From Balanoglossus misakiensis (lineage: Eukaryota > Animalia > Hemichordata): a stretch of 64,000 nucleotides of DNA. Made by a program: the position numbers and the translations under genes. Within the stretch, counting starts at the first letter, position 1. Every line of letters starts with the position of its first letter. Location: the NCBI GenBank assembly GCA_040954595.2, contig CM082580.2:9030390-9094389 (forward strand). Reading direction: 5' to 3'. The notes below the pieces were generated by a model. The model was not told the origin of the DNA. It did not search any database and saw only the letters and a list, made by a program, of their open reading frames with translations. Below, one piece after another: positions 12,930-23,762 of this stretch.

Positions 12930-15900
12930 ATGGGGACGGAGCTGCGCTTTAGTTTTCTGTTCGTTGTATTGTTCTGCTCTTTCTTCGCTGAAAGCTTGTC
13001 ACAAGGTACGTAAACACTTATACATGTTTTCCAATTCAGCGTTTTCATAACGGAACGGATAGGCAGGGTGGGAGAGATGTTTGGCAAGTGATGTTTATGT
13101 AGGGAGGGACTGGAAAACGTGTGTTTGCAAATAGACATTAGTGTATTGTCTGTGGTTTTCATCACAGTCCCTGTAAGGGCTTTCTCACGTGAAATGATTA
13201 GGGCGCCCTTTTCGGGATTATAAAAGTTGGCAAACATTTCTTATCAGCGACTCAAATAGTTTTGCATTCACATGTGTATAAAAGGGACGGGATCACCGCA
13301 CTCAATGCGTCCACAGCAGAGTGGCTAAAGGTCACAATGGCGGATTCAGTGATGTGTTTACTGTATATGTAGCTCTGGACTTATACCCAAACAGCGTATA
13401 CCGTAATCTATCCTTCGGGTTCGACCAGGAAAAAATAATTATTCTTTACAAAAAGATGAAACAATGGGGGTAAAAATGAGTCAAAGTGCCAGAAGGACCC
13501 CCTCGGACATTTATGCAAATTAGGTTCAAATAGGCTTCATGGTGCGATTGAAAATCAAGGACACATTTCGCCACTTGTCCCATTTGTTGTTCCACATCAA
13601 ATAAATGGAAGATCCGAGAAAATCCACACTTTTCCAGTTTTTGTACAGTCATCCTATAAGTATAAGCGCTTCTACGGTACCGCCTGTGAGTCTTACAGCT
13701 TTGAAACCAGTGCGTAATATACTAGTAGCATGACTCCATGCTAGTAGTAAAAGCATACCGGGATGTGGGAACGTTTTGAGTTGGTCCCTTGGGACAAAGA
13801 CGTTTTTAATTTATTCACGCACAGGGATGTATTTTTAGCCAGACAATGGCAAGACCTAGTTGCCTAGCAATTATCACCATGAACTTTGCTACAAGTTTCA
13901 CTACCACTTCCACTGGGCGTCTCAATTTTTTCAGCAGAGCCCCAGCTGCAGTAAGTTCCGACTACCTCAAGGCTTTGCCTGTAGGTTTTGGGGCTCCTCA
14001 TTTTACTGATGACCATCAGCAACAAGGCAAATTGACCGTTGACTAAGCAAGGTGCTAAACATCGCTCTTTTCAGAGGGGTAATTTTACATGCAAGCTCAT
14101 TAGAAACTGCCACTTGTATCCCCTCAAACCGCGTCGGCAGAGTGCGTTTAGATCGGCGTTTAGTGCGGTGTTTCTGTTCACACGTGATTTGAATCGCTGT
14201 TTAGTGCGGCGCCCCGACCCAGGTCCCACCCCTCAACACCGTCACAAAAAAAGAGCGGCGCAGGGCCGCTCTCACCTTTTCACACGTGGCACTTACAAAT
14301 TAACGCCGCCCTAGCACCGCCGCTGGGGCGGCGTTGACGGCACGTGAGAAAGGGGTATGTGATAGAGGGAATGTTTTTGCATCATCTCAGGAGCGCTGTC
14401 CTAGCATTTCAAGCTGTTCTTCTCTTTACATATAAGCGTACACACACTTCTTTTTGTGAATATTTTATATGGACTATATAATGCCTCCGGGGATTATCGA
14501 ACATTTTGGAGGAACAGATTCCGAGGGGATAAAATCTGCCAAACGGAGACAAAGCACACCCTTAGGGTGAAACATGGACAATTGTGATATACATAAGATA
14601 TTTAACATTTCATCATAAAATTTGCAATGTGTTATACATCTAATGGAAAATAGATATTTTATGTATATAGCAGAGCGATTATTATATATTCATATTTTTT
14701 ATTTCACAGCCGCAGGGGTGTGGAATCGATTGGCCAAGGAAGACCTCGAGAAGGCGCTGAAGCTAGAAGAACTGAACACGAACACAGCTAAGAATGTTGT
14801 GGTGTTCCTTGGAGACGGCCTGGGAATTCCGACGATCACGTCAGCCAGAATCTTCAAGGGTCAGCTGGATGGCAAAACCGGCGAAGAGAACTCCTTGACC
14901 TTGGAGACGCTGCCACGCTCTTGCCTCATAAAGGTTTGTGTCACTGGGGTTGTGTCGAAGAAAAGCCGGAGTATTTGTCATCGGGTAGTCGCAATTCTCC
15001 AAAAGGGGATTGTGCAATTTCTTTGGAAAATGACAGTTTCTTGTTTGTTTTTTTCACCGCGAAGCATGTGGAAAACGTCGTTAATTATAGCACAGCCCAG
15101 GTATATGAAATGCATTTCTGTAACGCTTGTTGTGCCGTTCCCCTATGTGGAGGGAATGTGATTGTTGGACTATTGTTGTATCTAGCGGATACCATAGACA
15201 ACCGTTCCAACATTTTCATGCACATTATATTTTAACAGACGTACAACACCGACTATCAGGTACCCGACTCTGCCGGCACGGCCACCGCCATCCTCAGCGG
15301 TGTCAAGACAAAAGTCGGTGTGCTTGGTTTGGACGAATCGGCGACCAGGGGAGACTGCAGCTCGGCCAAGACAGCAGAAATTGATTCGGTGTTTGATATT
15401 GCGATTCGCCAAGGTGGGTACTTCTCTCTTTCCCAAAGTCGTCAACACCGAATGCCGGTAAAGGTAACGGAAATGTGCATGAGAATGAGAAACGTCATCG
15501 GGTACTCTATGAGGACGACCGGGACACTTGGCTTTTTTTTTTATTGCGCATTCTGTGTCGATTTTTTATTTCAGGTAAATCTGCTGGCATAGTGACCACA
15601 ACTAGAGTTACCCACGCGTCTCCGGCTAGTGTATACGCTCACAGCGCCGACCGAAACTGGGAAAATTCTGCTCAGGGAGACTGTGTGGACATAGCTGCCC
15701 AGTTGATTGAACGGACTGCTGACTTTCAGGTGAGTTGCATGTAACCCTGTATACGTGGTGGGTATAATCCACTGCAGGGAAAGGCTAGCTATATATTCAT
15801 GTGAATGGCGCATCCATACAATTCTTTTGATTCAAGAACTATATCTCCTCCTGACGTCATTTTTTTTCGAATGGGACACAGGTGGTGTTGGGTGGTGGTC

Positions 15901-18900
15901 GAAGAGAGTTCATGACGAACGCAACAGAAGACCCAGAGAGCAGTTCTTCGAAAGGACTCCGCCACGACGGGCGAGATCTGATTGGTGAATGGAGGAACAA
16001 CGTGCCGCAAGGTTTAACAGGGAAGTACGTGTGGAAGAAGGACGACTTTGACGCCATCGACGCCGCAAAAACACCAGCATAACCTAAAACGAAGGAAACC
16101 GAAGGAAACCGAAGGACACTGATTTTTCCATATTTTAGTGCGAAGGACACGGTTTTCTGTATGCTAGAGGCCGAAGGACTGGTTTAGCTTCGAATTAAAC
16201 GCCGAAGGACGGGTGTAGCTCCGTAATTTTGGCCGAAGGAAAGCGAAGGACGCTGATTTATCCGTATTTTAGTGCGAAGGACGTGGTTTTCTCTATGCTG
16301 GGGGCCGAAGGACTGGTTTAGTTCGGTAATTAAAGCTTAAGGACGGGTGTAGCTCCGTAATTTTGGCCGAAGGAAACCGAAGGACGCTGATTTATCCCTA
16401 TTTTCGGCCGAAGGACGAGGTTTTCTGTATGCTAGAGGCCGAAGGACAAGTGTAGCTCAGTAATTTAGGGCGAAGGAAACCGAAGGACGCCGATTTATCC
16501 CTATTTTCGGCCGAAGGACGAGGTTTTCTGTATGCTAGAGGCCGAAGGACAAGTGTAGCTCAGTAATTTAGGGCGAAGGAAACCGAAGGACAGTCATATT
16601 TCCATTTTTTAGGGCGAAGGAAAAGGAAGGACAGTCATATTTCCATATTTTAGGGCGAAGGACACGATTCTCTCACGATTATCAGAGACTTGGCGTCAGC
16701 TAGTACACGTCTGACCAGAGTTACTGATATCAATGTCGAGATCTTAAGTAGAGTGTCATGTTTACACGAAACAAAACTAAACAAACATACCTCATAGAAA
16801 TGCTATCACTAATTCTACGTAACAATACTTTTGAATTAAACACCAAATTCTACAAGCAAACATGCAGTTGTACCGTGGGCTCAAATGCTTCACCGGGAAT
16901 AGCCGACATTACGTTCCATGAACTGGAAATGAAAAACAACTGACAAAAAACGATCTCAACACAAGATCACACTATTGATATCCTAATTCCGAGATACAGA
17001 GAGATGGATACTAATGTCCTTCTCCCTAAAATATGGAGAATCACTGTCCTTCGCTTTCCTGAGTTAGGTGCGGAATTGTGTCTTATCATGCTCTTTTTAC
17101 GTCCATGGTCTTATTGAAGGGGCATTTCTAAACTACATGTATTGTCTAAGGAAGCTAATTTAGCTAATAATGATAAACACGGCTTTTTTCAAGATAATTA
17201 TCACTTTCTAAATATCGTTCTAAACTTTCTAAACTAGCAGCAGTTTAGAAAGTTGGACTACTTGGGCGTTTACAAATGTACGGCGTACACTTTGGAAGTA
17301 GGCTTGGAATGAAGAGAGAGACGGGATGGCCAGTACTTCGGTGGGAAGTCAAATGTGATCTTTGTTTTATTTTAACAGTATATATAGTCGAAGTTCTAAC
17401 TCTGACATTTTACAACACCTCATAATGGTAGAACAATGGTGTTAAGACATTGATTAACCTGAGACTTCAGTCGTTGCACAGAACAATGGTGTCATACAAA
17501 CGAAGCCCATATCTCAATAAACTGAGAGGAGTTTTGAGATAAGGCTTGATTTGGGCAATAAACGATTCCCAACATTCTCCCGTCCGCAAATATTGAAATT
17601 GAAATGCACCAATTGAAATCATACATGAAAATTCCGCAAATATTGGAATGGAAATACAGCACTTATATCGTCGGCAGAAAATTTTAGTCGGGGGGGGGGG
17701 GCTTTCTAAACTGTGGCTAATTTATAAATTTAGAACGATATTTAGAAAGCGATAATTATCGTAGTGATAATTATCCTTAAAACTTAGATAGTTTAGAACT
17801 ATTTAGCTACAGCTAATTTAGCTTTCTACACTTGTAGCTAAACTTTCTAAAAACGATAAAACACAATTCCGCACCTTACTGGCTTCCCTTCGCCCTAAAA
17901 TATGGAGATATGAGCGTCCTTCGCTTTCCTTCGGCCTAAATTACGGAGCTACATCCGTCCTTCGGCGTTTAATTCGAAGCTAAACCAGTCCTTCGGCCAC
18001 CAGCATACAGAAAACCACGTCCTTCGCACTAAAATACGGATAAATCAGCGTCCTTCGGTTTCCTTCGGCAAAAATTACGGAGCTACACTTGTCCTTCGGC
18101 CTCTAGCATACAGAAAACCTCGTCCTTCGGCCGAAAATAGGGAAAAATCAGTGTCCTTCGGTTTCCTTCGGCCAAAATTACGGAGCTACACCCGTCCTTA
18201 AGCTTTAATTACCGAACTAAACCTGTCCTTCGGCCACCAGCATAATTAATTACCGAACTAAACCTATCCTTCGGCCACCAGCATACAGAAAACCACGTCC
18301 TTCGCACTAAAATACGGATAAATCAGCGTCCTTCGGTTTCCTTCGGCAAAAATTAAGGAGCTACACCCGTCCTTTGGCTTTAATTACTGAGCTAAACCTG
18401 TCCTTCGGCCTCTAGCATACAGAAAACCGTGTCCTTCGCACTAAAATATGGAAAAATCAGTGTCCTTCGCTTTCCTTCGGCCAAAATTACGGAGCTGAAC
18501 CCGTCCCGCGGCTTTAATTACCGAACTAAACCTGTCCTTCGGCCACCAGCATAATTAATTACCGAACTAGACCTATCCTTCGGCCACCAGCATAGAGAAA
18601 ACCTTTTCCTTCGCACTTAAATATGGATAAATCAGCGTCCTTCGCTTTCCTTCGGCGTTTAATTCGAAGCTAAACCAGTCCTTCGGCCACCAGCATAGAG
18701 AAAACCCTTTCCTTCGCACTAAAATATGGAAAAAACAGTGTCCTTCAGTTTCCTTCGGTTTCCTTCGGTTTCCTTCGTTTTAGTCTCACCCCAAACACCG
18801 ACTATCTCCTTGGTAAGATGTCGTATCTGCCGCCCCTATTACTGACTTCACTAATAAAACGTTCACTGGAAAAATGATATCATGATATCTCATCGAGTTC

Positions 18901-20704
18901 TTATGATACTATAGGAGCTCCAAATTTGGGTTCGTTTTGTTTCTCTTCCCCACGAAAACCTAGACCAAAAAGCGATAAGAAACACAGACACAGAAAGTCA
19001 TGTGATCGATGATACAGACAGGCAGACAGACGGAGACAGACAGACAACTTCGAATCTGACTAATTTCTGTATTTCAGGTCTCTTTGAGCACAGTCACATG
19101 CAATACGAAGCCGACAGAGTCAACGACATTGCCGGGGAACCTAGCCTCGCAGAAATGACGGAAAAGGCCATACGGATACTGAGCAGGAACAACAAAGGAT
19201 TCTTTCTCTTCGTTGAAGGTAAACCTCTTCTCTCCTGCAGATGCTGCGCAGTCAGTCTCGGCAAAGAGTGTACTATTATTTCCGCGAAAGCCCCTTACAA
19301 ATATTACTTCTATTCAGTATTCAGTACACAATTGCACAATTCTATCTTTTTAAACGGTTTCTATATCTCGGATTGACCATGCACACGTACACACAGGCGG
19401 AAGAATCGACCACGCCCACCACGATACGAGGGCTTACGGCGCCCTCACCGACACGATTGCCTTTGACGAAGCAGTGAAGATTGCCATGGAGATGACAGCC
19501 GCAGCTAAAGACACGTTGGTGATTGTGACAGCTGATCACGGCCATGTTAATACAATCAGTGGTTTCCCAAAGAGAGGAAACCCGATTTTAGGTAGGTAAA
19601 ATGATTGCTTGAAAATAATGAACCAAACAATGAAATGTGCGATCTTATGGCGATGGTCCCAAGTGGACGTCATGAGCAATGAGCGGATATTAGATGGGCT
19701 TCCTGTCGCAGCCAATTAGTATTCCGAACCTTTTATAGCTTGTGATAAAATAATGTAGGAGAGTCTTAACCTTATGTTACACTATACTTTCAAGGGGTGA
19801 CTGGTCAAAAGGCAGAAGACGGCCTCCCCTACACAACAATCGGTTATGCCAATGGACCTGGCGGAATATACGTCGAACAAACTTTCGAAAACAATGGTAC
19901 CCGGCCAAATATTACCAGCGTTGATACAGGTAAAATTAAGTCAATCATTTGTTTTATCTTTGAGATGGCGATGCATGTTACCTGTACGATTTTCTTTTCA
20001 ATTTTTAATGTTTAATTTTTATTGATTTTCTCTAGTTAGCAGTAGGTTGTTCCCGGTCAATACCAGTTTTTTTTATCGATATTGTCACCAAACATCTTTT
20101 CGTCTGTAGGAGCTGCCGGCTACATACAACAGGCCCTCGTCCCCTTGAACTGGGAGACCCACAGTGGCGAAGACATTTCGCTTCACGCTGATGGGCCTTA
20201 TTCTCATCTGTTTCAAAACGTCCACGAACAGAACTACATCGCTCACGTCATCAAGTATGCAGCCTGCCTTGGTGAATATGAACACCGTTGCGGAGATACT
20301 TCAACAGGTGGGTGTCGATACGTCCGACGTATGAATCTTGGATTGGATGACCAGAACTCCAGATTTTGTTGTTGTTGTTGTTGTGTTTTTTTCCACAGAG
20401 AAATCATCCATATTTCTTCAAAATACAACATGTACAGTATTCAATTTCATGGTATTCTGCGAACAGAGAAATTCTCGGTGAAAGCATCAGCGTACTGGGT
20501 GATTAATTTTCAAAACGCGTTATTTTTTATTTGAGACTTTCTAAAAAGTCTTGCGTGTAAATTCCTTCATCGTATATCTTATTTATTTATCTTCTGTACG
20601 CTTGTTTTTTTTCTCCAGCGCCCAGAAGTTCGTCCTCTATCGTTACGATCATCTATCTAGCTGTTGCCACATCGATGCAGTTGGCCTTATACACAGTGCA
20701 ATGA
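12930..20704 (+). CDS. Alkaline phosphatase (ALPL-like, GPI-anchored); exon 5 interrupted by a transposon in this haplotype
   Basis: Ten exons (approximately 12930-13005, 14710-14933, 15239-15413, 15575-15729, 15882-16075 + 18793-18812, 19078-19218, 19397-19591, 19795-19928, 20111-20308, 20619-20704). Signal peptide; NVVVFLGDG; catalytic VPDSAGTAT; [11 protein letters not shown]; [15 protein letters not shown]; VTADHGH; ETHSGED; hydrophobic C-terminal GPI signal. The insertion creates TAA at 16080-16082. Confidence 0.93.
14117..14358. mobile_element. Degenerate Harbinger-like MITE in phosphatase intron 1
   Basis: GC-rich island with repeated CACGTG and GGCG motifs; right end CACGTGAGAAAGGGGTAT, left end TATCCCCT is only a partial inverted match. 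Confidence 0.4.
16770..17015 (+). pseudogene. Penelope-like reverse transcriptase fragment inside the foldback spacer
   Basis: [44 protein letters not shown] matches the PLE RT motif (NxFxFNxxxYxQxxGxAMGSxxSPxxAxIFMxxLE); a decayed RYRD(D)G catalytic motif follows near 16992 in another frame. Confidence 0.75.
17061..17881. mobile_element. hAT-like non-autonomous element nested in the foldback right arm
   Basis: TIR (G/C)AGT(T/A)AGGTGCGGAATTGTGT; subterminal inverted blocks (GATAATTATCACTTTCTAAATATCGTTCTAAA / TTTAGAACGATATTTAGAAAGCGATAATTATC); 8-bp TSD GCTTTCCT / GCTTCCCT; removing it restores the host repeat TCCTTCGCTTTCCTTCG. Confidence 0.85.
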
Positions 20705-21570
20705 ATCCTCGAGTTGTTTGACGTCTCTCTTCTGGTACTCTATGTGTGTGTCTACGAAGTCGTTGGGTGCATACACGCTGGCATCGAACAGACTTGAAGT
20801 TCTTGCCAAATTTACTTTTGTGTGTTTGTGTGTCGTGCTTCTGGACGTTTCACTTTCTGGTCAAGTTGGGGAAACAGAACTTTATTAAAAGTCCACATTT
20901 CCTTTAATATTTATTTTAAGTAAATTTTGCCTTCCCACATTCCCTGAGTGTTTCGTTGAGCAATAAAGTTATAATTATGAAACCTCCCACATAACTATTG
21001 TTACTAGTGATATATATTTCTGAAACCACTCAGTATTTTGCTGGACCTTGCCTTCTCTCAAAAATACGATTTTTTTCTTGGCTGATGCTTTGTAATGTAA
21101 CCAACGCGTTGACAATAATCCGCCTCGTCACCTCATCTGCCAGCTCGACTCGATCTCACGCAAGCAGAGCATGTCATAGGTCAAAGTTCACAACCTTCAA
21201 TATGGTGGGCGTGAACAGCACAGGCGATACGAAGAGGACGAAAAGTGGCCTATCGTAACCGCAGGGCGCAGTCACGGTCGCCATTCTTTATCGCCAAGTG
21301 AAACTCATCACCTGAGGTTTCAGCAAGGTAAATGTAAAACAGTGGTTCTGTTTGTGATAGTCGAATAATAGCTCGAGGTTTTGCCTAGTGTAGTCTGTCT
21401 GCTGGTCGGTCGGGCTTCTGTAGTAGAACTCCCCCCCCCCCCCCCGTTAGCCCTATCAGGTCAACCATTCATGGACGTAAAAAGAGACGTCCTCTTTTTA
21501 CGTCTATGGGTCAACTGAGTCTCTTAATTTGATGCCAGGACGTCTTTTTTCATGACAGGTGTTCGTCACA

Positions 21571-22345
21571 ATGCCACCACGACGTGTAATGATTTGGGAA
21601 TGATTTGGGGTTACCAACGAACACTTTCCACTGTCTTTCACCTTTCTTTGGCAAGCAGACGACAGACTAAACCATTCCACGAACTCTACAGCATCGCCTA
21701 CTTCTTTGGCGAAAACGGAAATCGCGGGGTCCTCGTTCCAGGGTACACTTTCGAGCGAGCGAAGAGCACGCTCGAGGCAGATTATCCGGGAAAAGATGCT
21801 GTAATATGCAAAGACATTGCTCATGTTTTGGAGGGTAAATACAGTCGTCTGCCGGAGAAATACGTGCACACATTCATAATTCGAGACCCGCGGAGGAGTG
21901 TTTCCAGCCTTTGCAAGGCCTTGAAAGACGAAAAACAGCCCTTGGCATCGAACCTCGCACCGACCGGGGGCGTGGGGCAGCTATACGATCTACACAATAC
22001 GTCACAAGCGAGCTGAAGCAGAGCAGCGTCGTCATAGATTCTTGCGATCTCTCGCACCACCCGGAAGATGTGATCCGCCAGTTCTGCGATGCAGTCGGCC
22101 TCCCTTTCCAGGACAGCTACCTGAGATGGCATCCCGGGAACGTGGACCACTGGCACGAGGTTTTCAAGCGCGAAACCTTCTTCAACGCCTGGTATGCGAA
22201 TGCCGCGTCGAGTACGCACTTTAAACCTCTGTCCGACAGAGAGAAATCGGTAGACCTCTCTTCTCTTCCCAAGGTTGCGCAGAAAGAAATTGAAGCAGCT
22301 CTGCCGTATTTCAGTGAACTCTACAAGAATCGAATGAAACCATAA
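21571..22345 (+). pseudogene. Sulfotransferase-like P-loop protein (BCAT-like/Sulfotransfer_5 type), two frameshifts
   Basis: Reconstructed MPPRRVMIWGYQRTLSTVF..HELY..CKDIA..HTFIIRDPRRSVSS..QLYDL/QYV..VVIDSCDL..PE..IRQFCDAVGLPF...W..WY.NA.SST.F. An 11-bp tandem duplication (21588-21609) and a 1-bp shift near 21995 break the frame; no introns in the CDS. Confidence 0.8.
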
Positions 22346-23762
22346 GCAATACTTATGTGATCGAACGTCATAATTATAAACTTCAGAAGTAACGAGAACG
22401 TAAAATAATAAATACAATATTTATTCGCACATTCCAAGAAGCCTGCGATAATTCATACTTTGAAATCTTCTTATTCAGGACTGTAAATGTACCTTGGGGC
22501 AAGGCAAGAACTATGCAATGTACCTTATACGAAGAAAAAAATATTACAGAATCAGCCCAGACAACCACATTGATGTCCAGGTGCTGAAGTCCATATAAAC
22601 GCCCCGGGTGCTACAGTCTGTCTAAACAGTGCAGGTTGAATGTACACGCATGTGCACTTTCAAGTTCCTGGTCACCTGTGGGCATCATGTTGAAGTGACC
22701 CTCTTGGTTACAATCGAAACTCCTCAGTATACTGGTCGATTTTCTCGATGCTGCACGGTGTGAATTCAGTATGAATATTTATTGGGGGAGGGGGCTCTGT
22801 GTTTTGTTTTGCTCGGACGCCGATCAGCAGTTGCTACGGCCCATTCAGAGGACGACAATGCGACTAATTATTGTGTAACTCGTATTTGTTGTTGACCATC
22901 ACCTAAATAATGGAAAGTGAGCGCAACCATTCGCAGTCGGGGGACTGCTGAAACGAACGGGCATGCAAAGTATCGGAAACAAATAATTCTATGACATGAT
23001 GGATACAAATTAACCCCAGAGTGTTCAAGTTTAGAATTGGCAACTGGAAGAAGTCTAGTCTGAATACTATTTCAATGGGTTCATAGTTTGATCGAACGCA
23101 CAAAAATATAGCGACAGAAACGTATCAAACACAACCAACCTCTGGAAAATGGTTTGTACTAATTCCCTGAATCCTCCTGAATACCATCGGTGTCTTACCG
23201 TTCCGGGAGAAGGGTCGGACCATTTGATTTCCCGAGCGGGGATCTTGAAAATATCGCAAGAAAATAATAGAATATACTTTAGACAAAATAATTATCTGCT
23301 TCTATATGTAAATCGTACAGATACCTTCAATTTGTGTCATATAATCACGGAGCGTAATACAGTGAACTGCTTCACTGCGTAATGTAGTGGCAATTAATTT
23401 GGAGATGGTCACTCCCTCGTCAAAATACCCTCAAATGTCATTTCAGAACTCCTTGCACGTCGACTCTTTAAAAAAAATGATTATCACTTTTTAAATGTCG
23501 ATTATGATTATTTGTAGTTTTAGATTGAGTACAACCTCCACCTGTGTGCATGATGGGGATTTTTTTACACCTCATCACACCCCTCACGACTTCAACTGAC
23601 CCTACCCTCGCAATTACGTCCTTGACTTGTTGTAAGTGGATGCCGTAAGCGTCACGGGATTTCTTATTGTGCATTTTTGCAAGGTCGACGTTAATTGCAT
23701 GCGTGGCGGTGGGCAACGAGCCCGTGAAAAGTAGGGAAAGCGATCAACAGCTATCGCTAAAG

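Larger units (their letters stand above)
16084..18791. mobile_element. Foldback-type DNA transposon with long modular TIRs, inserted in an exon
   Basis: Left arm about 16084-16670 and right arm about 17017-18783 are reverse complements made of dozens of CGAAGGA-cored subrepeats; ends CTAAAACGAAGGAAACCGAAGG / CCTTCGGTTTCCTTCGTTTTAG; target duplication AAACACC on both sides; the coding frame resumes as NTDYLLG after the element. Confidence 0.92.

Noticed and set aside
16084-18783. CRISPR-like appearance of regularly spaced CGAAGGA repeats
   Set aside because: The intervening segments are themselves repeated, the array is mirrored as an inverted pair, there are no cas genes and the context is eukaryotic; these are transposon arms
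22400-23762. Coral-type allene oxide synthase domain fused upstream of the lipoxygenase
   Set aside because: No catalase-like exons are recognisable upstream of the PLAT exon
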